From the NCBI GenBank assembly GCA_964247055.1, contig OZ176053.1, positions 13,578,001 through 13,642,000 on the forward strand: a DNA stretch of 64,000 bases, in the 5' to 3' direction. Position numbers and translations under genes: made by a program. The stretch comes from Paragordius varius (Eukaryota > Animalia > Nematomorpha). Positions 37,901 to 54,050 of this stretch are shown here, piece by piece. The notes below the pieces were generated by a model, which saw only the letters and a list, made by a program, of their open reading frames with translations, did no database searches and was not told the origin of the DNA. Position 1 is the first letter of the stretch. Each line of letters starts with the position of its first letter.

Positions 37901-40599
37901 TTTTAAGGACAAAGTTTAACTTGAATATTGATGCGACTAGTTTAATACATTAATTTTTAAAGTATAGTTGTAAAAATCGGATATGAAAGAGTTTGTCAAA
38001 CTATCTCTATATTTTGATGTAGTCTTACTAAGAGAATGTATAAAAAATAATTTTGTTCACCGGTGACCAATATCCGAGTTTTAAGGACAAAGTTTAACTT
38101 GAGTATTGATACGATTAATTGATACGACTAGTTTTATACATTAATTTTTAAAGTATCGTTGTAAAAATCGGATATGAAAGAGTTTGTCAAACTATCTCTA
38201 TATTTTGATGTAGTCTTACTAAGAAAATGTATAAAAAATTATTTTGTTCACCGGTGACCAATATCCGATTTTTAAGGACAAAGTTTAACTTGAGTATTGA
38301 TGCGACTAGTTTAATACATTAATTTTTAAAGTATCGTTGTAAAAATCGGATATGAAAGAGTTTGTCAAACTATCTCTATATTTTGATGTAGTCTTACTAA
38401 GAGAATGTATAAAAAATTATTTTGTTCACCGGGGACCAGTATCCGATTTTTAAGGACAAAGTTTAACTTGAGTATTGATGCGACTTATTGATACGACTAG
38501 TTTTATACATAAATTTATAAAGTATCGTTGTAAAAATCGGATATGAAAGAGTTTGTCAAACTATCTCTATTATTTGATGTAGTCGTACTAAGAGAATGTA
38601 TAAAAAATAATTTTGTTCACCGGTGACCAATATCCGATTTTTAAGGACAAAGTTTAACTTGAGTATTGATGCGACTAGTTTAATACATTAATTTTTAAAG
38701 TATCGTTGTAAAAATCGGATATGAAAGAGTTTGTCAAACTATCTCTATATTTTGATGTAGTCTTACTAAGAGAATGTATAAAAAATAATTTTGTTCACCG
38801 GTGACCAATATCCGATTTTTAAGGACAAAGTTTAACTTGAGTATTGATACGATTTATTGATACGACTAGTTTTATACATTAATTTTTAAAGTATCGTTGT
38901 AAAAATCGGATATGAAAGAGTTTGTCAAACTATCTCTATATTTTGATGTAGTCTTACTAAGAGAATGTATAAAAAATAATTTTGTTCACCGGTGACCAAT
39001 ATCCGATTTTTAAGGACAAAGTTTAACTTGAGTATTGATGCGACTAGTTTAACACATTAATTTTTAAAGTATCGTTGTAAAAATCGGATATGAAAGAGTT
39101 TGTCAAACTATCTCTATATTTTGATGTAGTCTTACTAAGAGAATGTATAAAAAATAATTTTGTTCACCGGTGACCAATATCCGATTTTTAAGGACAAAGT
39201 TTAACTTGAGTATTGATGCGACTAGTTTAATACATTAATTTTTAAAGTATCGTTGTAAAAATCGGATATGAAAGTGTTTGTCAAACTATCTCTATATTTT
39301 GATGTAGTCTTACTAAGAGAATGTATAAAAAATTATTTTGTTCACCGGGGACCAATATCCGATTTTTAAGGACAAAGTTTAACTTGAGTAATCATGCGAC
39401 TAGTTTTATACATTAATTTTTAAAGTATTGTTGTAAAAATCGGATATGAAAGAGTTTTCCAAACTATCTCTATATTTATATGTAGTCCTACTAAGAGAAT
39501 GTATAAAAAAAATTTTGTTCACCGGTGACCAATATCCGATTTTTAAGGACAAAGTTTAACTTGAGTATTGATGCGACTTATTGATACGACTAGTTTTATA
39601 CATTAATTTATAAAGTATCGTTGTAAAAATCGGATATGAATGAGTTTGTCAAACTATCTCTATTATTTGATGTAGTCTTGCTAAGAGAATGTATAAAAAA
39701 TTATTTTGTTCACCGGTGACCAATATCCGATTTTTAAGGACAAAGTTTAACTTGAGTATTGATGCGACTAGTTTAATACATTAATTTTTAAAGTATCGTT
39801 GTAAAAATCGGATATGAAAGAGTTTGTCAAACTATCTCTATATTTTGATGTAGTCTTACTAAGAGAATGTATAAAAAATTATTTTGTTGACCGGGGACCA
39901 GTATCCGATTTTTAAAAACAAAGTTTAACTTGAGTATTGATGCGACTTATTTATACGACTAGTTTTATACATAAATTTATAAAGTATCGTTGTAAAAATC
40001 GGATATGAAAGAGTTTGTCAAACTATCTCTATTATTTGATGTAGTCCTACTAAGAGAATGTATAAAAAATAATTTTGTTCACCGGTGACCAATATCCGAT
40101 TTTTAAGGACAAAATTTAACTTGAGTATTGATGCGACTTATTGATACGACTAGTTTTATACATAAATTTATAAAGTATCGTTGTAAAAATCGGATATGAA
40201 AGAGTTTGTCAAACTATCTCTATTATTTGATGTAGTCCTACTAAGAGAATGTATAAAAAATAATTTTGTTCACCGGTGACCAATATCCGATTTTTAAGGA
40301 CAAAGTTTAACTTGAATATTGATGCGACTAGTTTAATACATTAATTTTTAAAGTATAGTTGTAAAAATCGGATATGAAAGAGTTTGTCAAACTATCTCTA
40401 TATTTTGATGTAGTCTTACTAAGAGAATGTATAAAAAATAATTTTGTTCACCGGTGACCAATATCCGATTTTTAAGGACAAAGTTTAACTTGAGTATTGA
40501 TACGATTTATTGATACGACTAGTTTTATACATTAATTTTTAAAGTATCGTTGTAAAAATCGGATATGAAAGAGTTTGTCAAACTATCTCTATATTTTGA

Positions 40600-43500
40600 T
40601 GTAGTCTTACTAAGAGAATGTATAAAAAATAATTTTGTTCACCGGTGACCAATATCCGATTTTTCAGGACAAAGTTTAACTTGAGTATTGATGCGACTAG
40701 TTTAACACATTAATTTTTAAAGTATCGTTGTAAAAATCGGATATGAAAGAGTTTATCAAACTATCTCTATATTTTGATGTAGTCTTACTAAGAGAATGTA
40801 TAAAAAATAATTTTGTTCAGCGGTGACCAATATCCGATTTTTAAGGACAAAGTTTAACTTGAGTATTGATGCGACTAGTTTAATACATTAATTTTCAAAG
40901 TATCGTTGTAAAAATCGGATATGAAAAGTTTGTCAAAATATCTCTATATTTTGATGTAGTCTTACTAAGAGAATGTATAAAAAATTATTTTGTTCACCGG
41001 GGACCAATATCCGATTTTTAAGGACAAAGTTTAACTTGAGTAATCATGCGACTAGTTTTATACATTAATTTTTAAAGTATTGTTGTAAAAATCGGATATG
41101 AAAGAGTTTGCCAAACTATCTCTATATTTATATGTAGTCCTACTAAGAGAATGTATAAAAAAAATTTTGTTCACCGGTGACCAATATCCGATTTTTAAGG
41201 ACAAAGTTTAACTTGAGTATTGATGCGACTTATTGATACGACTAGTTTTATACATTAATTTATAAAGTATCGTTGTAAAAATCGGATATGAAAGAGTTTG
41301 TCAAACTATCTCTATTATTTGATGTAGTCTTGCTAAGAGAATGTATAAAAAATTATTTTGTTCACCGGTGACCAATATCCGATTTTTAAGGACAAAGTTT
41401 AACTTGAGTATTGATGCGACTAGTTTAATACATTAATTTTTAAAGTATCGTTGTAAAAATCGGATATGAAAGAGTTTGTCAAACTATCTCTATATTTTGA
41501 TGTAGTCTTACTATGAGAATGTATAAAAAATTATTTTGTTCACCGGGGACCAGTATCCGATTTTTAAGGACAAAGTTTAACTTGAGTATTGATGCGACTT
41601 ATTGATACGACTAGTTTTATACATAAATTTATAAAGTATCGTTGTAAAAATCGGATATGAAAGAGTTTGTCAAACTATCTCTATTATTTGATGTAGTCTT
41701 GCTAAGAGAATGTATAAAAAATTATTTTGTTCACCGGGGACCAATATCCGATTTTTAAGGACAAAGTTTAACTTGAGTAATCATGCGACTAGTTTTATAC
41801 ATTAATTTTTAAAGTATTGTTGTAAAAATCGGATATGAAAGAGTTTTCCAAACTATCTCTATATTTATATGTAGTCCTACTAAGAGAATGTATAAAAAAA
41901 ATTTTGTTGACCGGGGACCAGTATCCGATTTTTAAAAACAAAGTTTAACTTGAGTATTGATGCGACTTATTTATACGACTAGTTTTATACATAAATTTAT
42001 AAAGTATCGTTGTAAAAATCGGATATGAAAGAGTTTGTCAAACTATCTCTATTATTTGATGTAGTCCTACTAAGAGAATGTATAAAAAATAATTTTGTTC
42101 ACCGGTGACCAATATCCGATTTTTAAGGACAAAGTTTAACTTGAGTATTGATGCGACTTATTGATACGACTAGTTTTATACATAAATTTATAAAGTATCG
42201 TTGTAAAAATCGGATATGAAAGAGTTTGTCAAACTATCTCTATTATTTGATGTAGTCCTACTAAGAGAATGTATAAAAAATAATTTTGTTCACCGGTGAC
42301 CAATATCCGATTTTTAAGGACAAAGTTTAACTTGAATATTGATGCGACTAGTTTAATACATTAATTTTTAAAGTATAGTTGTAAAAATCGGATATGAAAG
42401 AGTTTGTCAAACTATCTCTATATTTTGATGTAGTCTTACTAAGAGAATGTATAAAAAATAATTTTGTTCACCGGTGACCAATATCCGATTTTTAAGGACA
42501 AAGTTTAACTTGAGTATTGATACGATTTATTGATACGACTAGTTTTATACATTAATTTTTAAAGTATCGTTGTAAAAATCGGATATGAAAGAGTTTGTCA
42601 AACTATCTCTATATTTTGATGTAGTCTTACTAAGAGAATGTATAAAAAATAATTTTGTTCACCGGTGACCAATATCCGATTTTTCAGGACAAAGTTTAAC
42701 TTGAGTATTGATGCGACTAGTTTAACACATTAATTTTTAAAGTATCGTTGTAAAAATCGGATATGAAAGAGTTTGTCAAACTATCTCTATATTTTGATGT
42801 AGTCTTACTATGAGAATGTATAAAAAATTATTTTGTTCACCGGGGACCAGTATCCGATTTTTAAGGACAAAGTTTAACTTGAGTATTGATGCGACTTATT
42901 GATACGACTAGTTTTATATATAAATTTATAAAGTATCGTTGTAAAAATCGGATATGAAAGAGTTTGTCAAACTATCTCTATTATTTGATGTAGTCCTACT
43001 AAGAGAATGTATAAAAAATAATTTTGTTCACCGGTGACCAATATCCGATTTTTAAGGACAAAGTTTAACTTGAGTATTGATGCGACTTATTGATACGACT
43101 AGTTTAACACATTAATTTTTAAAGTATCGTTGTAAAAATCGGATATGAAAGAGTTTGTCAAAATATCTCTATATTTTGATGTAGTCTTGCTAAGAGAATG
43201 TATGAAAAATAATTTTGTTCACCGGTGACCAATATCCGATTTTTAAGGACAAAGTTTAACTTGAGTATTGATGCGACTTATTGATACGACTAGTTTTATA
43301 CATTAATTTATAAAGTATCGTTGTAAAAATCGGATATGAAAGAGTTTGTCAAACTATCTCTATTATTTGATGTAGTCCTACTAAGAGAATGTATAAAAAA
43401 TAATTCTGTTCACCAGTGACCAATATCCGATTTTTAAGGACAAAGTTTAACTTGAGTATTGATGCGACTTATTGATACGACTAGTTTAACACATTAATTT

Positions 43501-46500
43501 TTAAAGTATCGTTGTAAAAATCGGATATGAAAGAGTTTGTCAAACTATCTCTATATTTTGATGTAGTCTTACTAAGAGAATGTATAAAAAATAATTTTGT
43601 TCACCGGTGACCAATATCCGATTTTTAAGGACAAAGTTTAACTTGAGTATTGATGCGACTAGTTTTATACATTAATTTATAAAGTATCGTTGTAAAAATC
43701 GGATATGAAAGAGTTTGTCAAACTATCTCTATTATTTGATGTAGTCTTGCTAAGAGAATGTATAAAAAATTATTTTGTTCACCGGTGACCAATATCCGAT
43801 TTTTAAGGACAAAGTTTAACTTGAGTATTGATGCGACTAGTTTAATACATTAATTTTTAAAGTATCGTTGTAAAAATCGGATATGAAAGAGTTTGTCAAA
43901 CTATCTCTATATTTTGATGTAGTCTTACTATGAGAATGTATAAAAAATTATTTTGTTCACCGGGGACCAGTATCCGATTTTTAAGGACAAAGTTTAACTT
44001 GAGTATTGATGCGACTTATTGATACGACTAGTTTTATACATAAATTTATAAAGTATCGTTGTAAAAATCGGATATGAATGAGTTTGTCAAACTATCTCTA
44101 TTATTTGATGTAGTCTTGCTAAGAGAATGTATAAAAAATTATTTTGTTCACCGGTGACCAATATCCGATTTTTAAGGACAAAGTTTAACTTGAGTATTGA
44201 TGCGACTAGTTTAATACATTAATTTTTAAAGTATCGTTGTAAAAATCGGATATGAAAGAGTTTGTCAAACTATCTCTATATTTTGATGTAGTCTTACTAA
44301 GAGAATGTATAAAAAATTATTTTGTTGACCGGGGACCAGTATCCGATTTTTAAAAACAAAGTTTAACTTGAGTATTGATGCGACTTATTTATACGACTAG
44401 TTTTATACATAAATTTATAAAGTATCGTTGTAAAAATCGGATATGAAAGAGTTTGTCAAACTATCTCTATTATTTGATGTAGTCCTACTAAGAGAATGTA
44501 TAAAAAATAATTTTGTTCACCGGTGACCAATATCCGATTTTTAAGGACAAAGTTTAACTTGAGTATTGATGCGACTTATTGATACGACTAGTTTTATACA
44601 TAAATTTATAAAGTATCGTTGTAAAAATCGGATATGAAAGAGTTTGTCAAACTATCTCTATTATTTGATGTAGTCCTACTAAGAGAATGTATAAAAAATA
44701 ATTTTGTTCACCGGTGACCAATATCCGATTTTTAAGGACAAAGTTTAACTTGAATATTGATGCGACTAGTTTAATACATTAATTTTTAAAGTATAGTTGT
44801 AAAAATCGGATATGAAAGAGTTTGTCAAACTATCTCTATATTTTGATGTAGTCTTACTAAGAGAATGTATAAAAAATAATTTTGTTCACCGGTGACCAAT
44901 ATCCGATTTTTAAGGACAAAGTTTAACTTGAGTATTGATACGATTTATTGATACGACTAGTTTTATACATTAATTTTTAAAGTATCGTTGTAAAAATCGG
45001 ATATGAAAGAGTTTGTCAAACTATCTCTATATTTTGATGTAGTCTTACTAAGAGAATGTATAAAAAATAATTTTGTTCACCGGTGACCAATATCCGATTT
45101 TTCAGGACAAAGTTTAACTTGAGTATTGATGCGACTAGTTTAACACATTAATTTTTAAAGTATCGTTGTAAAAATCGGATATGAAAGAGTTTGTCAAACT
45201 ATCTCTATATTTTGATGTAGTCTTACTATGAGAATGTATAAAAAATTATTTTGTTCACCGGGGACCAGTATCCGATTTTTAAGGACAAAGTTTAACTTGA
45301 GTATTGATGCGACTTATTGATACGACTAGTTTTATATATAAATTTATAAAGTATCGTTGTAAAAATCGGATATGAAAGAGTTTGTCAAACTATCTCTATT
45401 ATTTGATGTAGTCTTACTAAGAGAATGTATAAAAAATAATTTTGTTCACCGGTGACCAATATCCGATTTTTCAGGACAAAGTTTAACTTGAGTATTGATG
45501 CGACTAGTTTAACACATTAATTTTTAAAGTATCGTTGTAAAAATCGGATATGAAAGAGTTTATCAAACTATCTCTATATTTTGATGTAGTCTTACTAAGA
45601 GAATGTATAAAAAATAATTTTGTTCAGCGGTGACCAATATCCGATTTTTAAGGACAAAGTTTAACTTGAGTATTGATGCGACTAGTTTAATACATTAATT
45701 TTCAAAGTATCGTTGTAAAAATCGGATATGAAAAGTTTGTCAAAATATCTCTATATTTTGATGTAGTCTTACTAAGAGAATGTATAAAAAATTATTTTGT
45801 TCACCGGGGACCAATATCCGATTTTTAAGGACAAAGTTTAACTTGAGTAATCATGCGACTAGTTTTATACATTAATTTTTAAAGTATTGTTGTAAAAATC
45901 GGATATGAAAGAGTTTGCCAAACTATCTCTATATTTATATGTAGTCCTACTAAGAGAATGTATAAAAAAAATTTTGTTCACCGGTGACCAATATCCGATT
46001 TTTAAGGACAAAGTTTAACTTGAGTATTGATGCGACTTATTGATACGACTAGTTTTATACATTAATTTATAAAGTATCGTTGTAAAAATCGGATATGAAA
46101 GAGTTTGTCAAACTATCTCTATTATTTGATGTAGTCTTGCTAAGAGAATGTATAAAAAATTATTTTGTTCACCGGTGACCAATATCCGATTTTTAAGGAC
46201 AAAGTTTAACTTGAGTATTGATGCGACTAGTTTAATACATTAATTTTTAAAGTATCGTTGTAAAAATCGGATATGAAAGAGTTTGTCAAACTATCTCTAT
46301 ATTTTGATGTAGTCTTACTATGAGAATGTATAAAAAATTATTTTGTTCACCGGGGACCAGTATCCGATTTTTAAGGACAAAGTTTAACTTGAGTATTGAT
46401 GCGACTTATTGATACGACTAGTTTTATACATAAATTTATAAAGTATCGTTGTAAAAATCGGATATGAAAGAGTTTGTCAAACTATCTCTATTATTTGATG

Positions 46501-49500
46501 TAGTCTTGCTAAGAGAATGTATAAAAAATTATTTTGTTCACCGGGGACCAATATCCGATTTTTAAGGACAAAGTTTAACTTGAGTAATCATGCGACTAGT
46601 TTTATACATTAATTTTTAAAGTATTGTTGTAAAAATCGGATATGAAAGAGTTTTCCAAACTATCTCTATATTTATATGTAGTCCTACTAAGAGAATGTAT
46701 AAAAAAAATTTTGTTCACCGGTGACCAATATCCGATTTTTAAGGACAAAGTTTAACTTGAGTATTGATGCGACTTATTGATACGACTAGTTTTATACATT
46801 AATTTATAAAGTATCGTTGTAAAAATCGGATATGAAAGAGTTTGTCAAACTATCTCTATTATTTGATGTAGTCCTACTAAGAGAATGTATAAAAAATAAT
46901 TTTGTTCACCGGTGACCAATATCCGATTTTTAAGGACAAAGTTTAACTTGAGTATTGATGCGACTTATTGATACGACTAGTTTTATACATAAATTTATAA
47001 AGTATCGTTGTAAAAATCGGATATGAAAGAGTTTGTCAAACTATCTCTATTATTTGATGTAGTCCTACTAAGAGAATGTATAAAAAATAATTTTGTTCAC
47101 CGGTGACCAATATCCGATTTTTAAGGACAAAGTTTAACTTGAATATTGATGCGACTAGTTTAATACATTAATTTTTAAAGTATAGTTGTAAAAATCGGAT
47201 ATGAAAGAGTTTGTCAAACTATCTCTATATTTTGATGTAGTCTTACTAAGAGAATGTATAAAAAATAATTTTGTTCACCGGTGACCAATATCCGATTTTT
47301 AAGGACAAAGTTTAACTTGAGTATTGATACGATTTATTGATACGACTAGTTTTATACATTAATTTTTAAAGTATCGTTGTAAAAATCGGATATGAAAGAG
47401 TTTGTCAAACTATCTCTATATTTTGATGTAGTCTTACTAAGAGAATGTATAAAAAATAATTTTGTTCACCGGTGACCAATATCCGATTTTTCAGGACAAA
47501 GTTTAACTTGAGTATTGATGCGACTAGTTTAACACATTAATTTTTAAAGTATCGTTGTAAAAATCGGATATGAAAGAGTTTGTCAAACTATCTCTATATT
47601 TTGATGTAGTCTTACTATGAGAATGTATAAAAAATTATTTTGTTCACCGGGGACCAGTATCCGATTTTTAAGGACAAAGTTTAACTTGAGTATTGATGCG
47701 ACTTATTGATACGACTAGTTTTATATATAAATTTATAAAGTATCGTTGTAAAAATCGGATATGAAAGAGTTTGTCAAACTATCTCTATTATTTGATGTAG
47801 TCCTACTAAGAGAATGTATAAAAAATAATTTTGTTCACCGGTGACCAATATCCGATTTTTAAGGACAAAGTTTAACTTGAGTATTGATGCGACTTATTGA
47901 TACGACTAGTTTAACACATTAATTTTTAAAGTATCGTTGTAAAAATCGGATATGAAAGAGTTTGTCAAAATATCTCTATATTTTGATGTAGTCTTGCTAA
48001 GAGAATGTATGAAAAATAATTTTGTTCACCGGTGACCAATATCCGATTTTTAAGGACAAAGTTTAACTTGAGTATTGATGCGACTTATTGATACGACTAG
48101 TTTTATACATTAATTTATAAAGTATCGTTGTAAAAATCGGATATGAAAGAGTTTGTCAAACTATCTCTATTATTTGATGTAGTCCTACTAAGAGAATGTA
48201 TAAAAAATAATTCTGTTCACCAGTGACCAATATCCGATTTTTAAGGACAAAGTTTAACTTGAGTATTGATGCGACTTATTGATACGACTAGTTTAACACA
48301 TTAATTTTTAAAGTATCGTTGTAAAAATCGGATATGAAAGAGTTTGTCAAACTATCTCTATATTTTGATGTAGTCTTACTATGAGAATGTATAAAAAATT
48401 ATTTTGTTCACCGGGGACCAGTATCCGATTTTTAAGGACAAAGTTTAACTTGAGTATTGATGCGACTTATTGATACGACTAGTTTTATACATAAATTTAT
48501 AAAGTATCGTTGTAAAAATCGGATATGAATGAGTTTGTCAAACTATCTCTATTATTTGATGTAGTCTTGCTAAGAGAATGTATAAAAAATTATTTTGTTC
48601 ACCGGTGACCAATATCCGATTTTTAAGGACAAAGTTTAACTTGAGTATTGATGCGACTAGTTTAATACATTAATTTTTAAAGTATCGTTGTAAAAATCGG
48701 ATATGAAAGAGTTTGTCAAACTATCTCTATATTTTGATGTAGTCTTACTAAGAGAATGTATAAAAAATTATTTTGTTGACCGGGGACCAGTATCCGATTT
48801 TTAAAAACAAAGTTTAACTTGAGTATTGATGCGACTTATTTATACGACTAGTTTTATACATAAATTTATAAAGTATCGTTGTAAAAATCGGATATGAAAG
48901 AGTTTGTCAAACTATCTCTATTATTTGATGTAGTCCTACTAAGAGAATGTATAAAAAATAATTTTGTTCACCGGTGACCAATATCCGATTTTTAAGGACA
49001 AAGTTTAACTTGAGTATTGATGCGACTTATTGATACGACTAGTTTTATACATAAATTTATAAAGTATCGTTGTAAAAATCGGATATGAAAGAGTTTGTCA
49101 AACTATCTCTATTATTTGATGTAGTCCTACTAAGAGAATGTATAAAAAATAATTTTGTTCACCGGTGACCAATATCCGATTTTTAAGGACAAAGTTTAAC
49201 TTGAATATTGATGCGACTAGTTTAATACATTAATTTTTAAAGTATAGTTGTAAAAATCGGATATGAAAGAGTTTGTCAAACTATCTCTATATTTTGATGT
49301 AGTCTTACTAAGAGAATGTATAAAAAATAATTTTGTTCAGCGGTGACCAATATCCGATTTTTAAGGACAAAGTTTAACTTGAGTATTGATGCGACTAGTT
49401 TAATACATTAATTTTCAAAGTATCGTTGTAAAAATCGGATATGAAAAGTTTGTCAAAATATCTCTATATTTTGATGTAGTCTTACTAAGAGAATGTATAA

Positions 49501-52500
49501 AAAATTATTTTGTTCACCGGGGACCAATATCCGATTTTTAAGGACAAAGTTTAACTTGAGTAATCATGCGACTAGTTTTATACATTAATTTTTAAAGTAT
49601 TGTTGTAAAAATCGGATATGAAAGAGTTTGCCAAACTATCTCTATATTTATATGTAGTCCTACTAAGAGAATGTATAAAAAAAATTTTGTTCACCGGTGA
49701 CCAATATCCGATTTTTAAGGACAAAGTTTAACTTGAGTATTGATGCGACTTATTGATACGACTAGTTTTATACATTAATTTATAAAGTATCGTTGTAAAA
49801 ATCGGATATGAAAGAGTTTGTCAAACTATCTCTATTATTTGATGTAGTCTTGCTAAGAGAATGTATAAAAAATAATTTTGTTCACCGGTGACCAATATCC
49901 GATTTTTAAGGACAAAGTTTAACTTGAGTATTGATGCGACTTATTGATACGACTAGTTTAACACATTAATTTTTAAAGTATCGTTGTAAAAATCGGATAT
50001 GAAAGAGTTTGTCAAAATATCTCTATATTTTGATGTAGTCTTGCTAAGAGAATGTATGAAAAATAATTTTGTTCACCGGTGACCAATATCCGATTTTTAA
50101 GGACAAAGTTTAACTTGAGTATTGATGCGACTTATTGATACGACTAGTTTTATACATTAATTTATAAAGTATCGTTGTAAAAATCGGATATGAAAGAGTT
50201 TGTCAAACTATCTCTATTATTTGATGTAGTCCTACTAAGAGAATGTATAAAAAATAATTTTGTTCACCGGTGACCAATATCCGATTTTTAAGGACAAAGT
50301 TTAACTTGAATATTGATGCGACTAGTTTAATACATTAATTTTTAAAGTATAGTTGTAAAAATCGGATATGAAAGAGTTTGTCAAACTATCTCTATATTTT
50401 GATGTAGTCTTACTAAGAGAATGTATAAAAAATAATTTTGTTCAGCTGTGACCAATATCCGATTTTTAAGGACAAAGTTTAACTTGAGTATTGATGCGAC
50501 TAGTTTAATACATTAATTTTCAAAGTATCGTTGTAAAAATCGGATATGAAAAGTTTGTCAAAATATCTCTATATTTTGATGTAGTCTTACTAAGAGAATG
50601 TATAAAAAATTATTTTGTTCACCGGGGACCAATATCCGATTTTTAAGGACAAAGTTTAACTTGAGTAATCATGCGACTAGTTTTATACATTAATTTTTAA
50701 AGTATTGTTGTAAAAATCGGATATGAAAGAGTTTGCCAAACTATCTCTATATTTATATGTAGTCCTACTAAGAGAATGTATAAAAAAAATTTTGTTCACC
50801 GGTGACCAATATCCGATTTTTAAGGACAAAGTTTAACTTGAGTATTGATGCGACTTATTGATACGACTAGTTTTATACATTAATTTATAAAGTATCGTTG
50901 TAAAAATCGGATATGAAAGAGTTTGTCAAACTATCTCTATTATTTGATGTAGTCTTGCTAAGAGAATGTATAAAAAATTATTTTGTTCACCGGTGACCAA
51001 TATCCGATTTTTAAGGACAAAGTTTAACTTGAGTATTGATGCGACTAGTTTAATACATTAATTTTTAAAGTATCGTTGTAAAAATCGGATATGAAAGAGT
51101 TTGTCAAACTATCTCTATATTTTGATGTAGTCTTACTATGAGAATGTATAAAAAATTATTTTGTTGACCGGGGACCAGTATCCGATTTTTAAAAACAAAG
51201 TTTAACTTGAGTATTGATGCGACTTATTGATACGACTAGTTTTATACATAAATTTATAAAGTATCGTTGTAAAAATCGGATATGAAAGAGTTTGTCAAAC
51301 TATCTCTATTATTTGATGTAGTCTTGCTAAGAGAATGTATAAAAAATTATTTTGTTCACCGGGGACCAATATCCGATTTTTAAGGACAAAGTTTAACTTG
51401 AGTAATCATGCGACTAGTTTTATACATTAATTTTTAAAGTATTGTTGTAAAAATCGGATATGAAAGAGTTTTCCAAACTATCTCTATATTTATATGTAGT
51501 CCTACTAAGAGAATGTATAAAAAAAATTTTGTTCACCGGTGACCAATATCCGATTTTTAAGGACAAAGTTTAACTTGAGTATTGATGCGACTTATTGATA
51601 CGACTAGTTTTATACATTAATTTATAAAGTATCGTTGTAAAAATCGGATATGAATGAGTTTGTCAAACTATCTCTATTATTTGATGTAGTCTTGCTAAGA
51701 GAATGTATAAAAAATTATTTTGTTCACCGGTGACCAATATCCGATTTTTAAGGACAAAGTTTAACTTGAGTATTGATGCGACTAGTTTAATACATTAATT
51801 TTTAAAGTATCGTTGTAAAAATCGGATATGAAAGAGTTTGTCAAACTATCTCTATATTTTGATGTAGTCTTACTAAGAGAATGTATAAAAAATTATTTTG
51901 TTGACCGGGGACCAGTATCCGATTTTTAAAAACAAAGTTTAACTTGAGTATTGATGCGACTTATTTATACGACTAGTTTTATACATAAATTTATAAAGTA
52001 TCGTTGTAAAAATCGGATATGAAAGAGTTTGTCAAACTATCTCTATTATTTGATGTAGTCCTACTAAGAGAATGTATAAAAAATAATTTTGTTCACCGGT
52101 GACCAATATCCGATTTTTAAGGACAAAGTTTAACTTGAGTATTGATGCGACTTATTGATACGACTAGTTTTATACATAAATTTATAAAGTATCGTTGTAA
52201 AAATCGGATATGAAAGAGTTTGTCAAACTATCTCTATTATTTGATGTAGTCCTACTAAGAGAATGTATAAAAAATAATTTTGTTCACCGGTGACCAATAT
52301 CCGATTTTTAAGGACAAAGTTTAACTTGAATATTGATGCGACTAGTTTAATACATTAATTTTTAAAGTATAGTTGTAAAAATCGGATATGAAAGAGTTTG
52401 TCAAACTATCTCTATATTTTGATGTAGTCTTACTAAGAGAATGTATAAAAAATAATTTTGTTCACCGGTGACCAATATCCGATTTTTAAGGACAAAGTTT

Positions 52501-54050
52501 AACTTGAGTATTGATACGATTTATTGATACGACTAGTTTTATACATTAATTTTTAAAGTATCGTTGTAAAAATCGGATATGAAAGAGTTTGTCAAACTAT
52601 CTCTATATTTTGATGTAGTCTTACTAAGAGAATGTATAAAAAATAATTTTGTTCACCGGTGACCAATATCCGATTTTTCAGGACAAAGTTTAACTTGAGT
52701 ATTGATGCGACTAGTTTAACACATTAATTTTTAAAGTATCGTTGTAAAAATCGGATATGAAAGAGTTTGTCAAACTATCTCTATATTTTGATGTAGTCTT
52801 ACTATGAGAATGTATAAAAAATTATTTTGTTCACCGGGGACCAGTATCCGATTTTTAAGGACAAAGTTTAACTTGAGTATTGATGCGACTTATTGATACG
52901 ACTAGTTTTATATATAAATTTATAAAGTATCGTTGTAAAAATCGGATATGAAAGAGTTTGTCAAACTATCTCTATTATTTGATGTAGTCCTACTAAGAGA
53001 ATGTATAAAAAATAATTTTGTTCACCGGTGACCAATATCCGATTTTTAAGGACAAAGTTTAACTTGAGTATTGATGCGACTTATTGATACGACTAGTTTA
53101 ACACATTAATTTTTAAAGTATCGTTGTAAAAATCGGATATGAAAGAGTTTGTCAAAATATCTCTATATTTTGATGTAGTCTTGCTAAGAGAATGTATGAA
53201 AAATAATTTTGTTCACCGGTGACCAATATCCGATTTTTAAGGACAAAGTTTAACTTGAGTATTGATGCGACTTATTGATACGACTAGTTTTATACATTAA
53301 TTTATAAAGTATCGTTGTAAAAATCGGATATGAAAGAGTTTGTCAAACTATCTCTATTATTTGATGTAGTCCTACTAAGAGAATGTATAAAAAATAATTC
53401 TGTTCACCAGTGACCAATATCCGATTTTTAAGGACAAAGTTTAACTTGAGTATTGATGCGACTTATTGATACGACTAGTTTAACACATTAATTTTTAAAG
53501 TATCGTTGTAAAAATCGGATATGAAAGAGTTTGTCAAACTATCTCTATATTTTGATGTAGTCTTACTAAGAGAATGTATAAAAAATAATTTTGTTCACCG
53601 GTGACCAATATCCGATTTTTAAGGACAAAGTTTAACTTGAGTATTGATGCGACTAGTTTTATACATTAATTTATAAAGTATCGTTGTAAAAATCGGATAT
53701 GAAAGAGTTTGTCAAACTATCTCTATTATTTGATGTAGTCTTGCTAAGAGAATGTATAAAAAATTATTTTGTTCACCGGTGACCAATATCCGATTTTTAA
53801 GGACAAAGTTTAACTTGAGTATTGATGCGACTAGTTTAATACATTAATTTTTAAAGTATCGTTGTAAAAATCGGATATGAAAGAGTTTGTCAAACTATCT
53901 CTATATTTTGATGTAGTCTTACTATGAGAATGTATAAAAAATTATTTTGTTCACCGGGGACCAGTATCCGATTTTTAAGGACAAAGTTTAACTTGAGTAT
54001 TGATGCGACTTATTGATACGACTAGTTTTATACATAAATTTATAAAGTAT
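40600..54050 (-). repeat. Long-offset block duplications (4807 bp and 9994 bp)
   Basis: Offset 4807: TTCAGG 40665/45472, GTTTATC 40754/45561, GAAAAGTTTG 40923/45730, TTCTGTT 43406/48213. Offset 9994: AAAAACA 41934/51928, CAGG 42685/52679, TATGAAAA 43201/53195, CTGTT 43406/53400, TATGAG 43929/53923. Confidence 0.92.
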
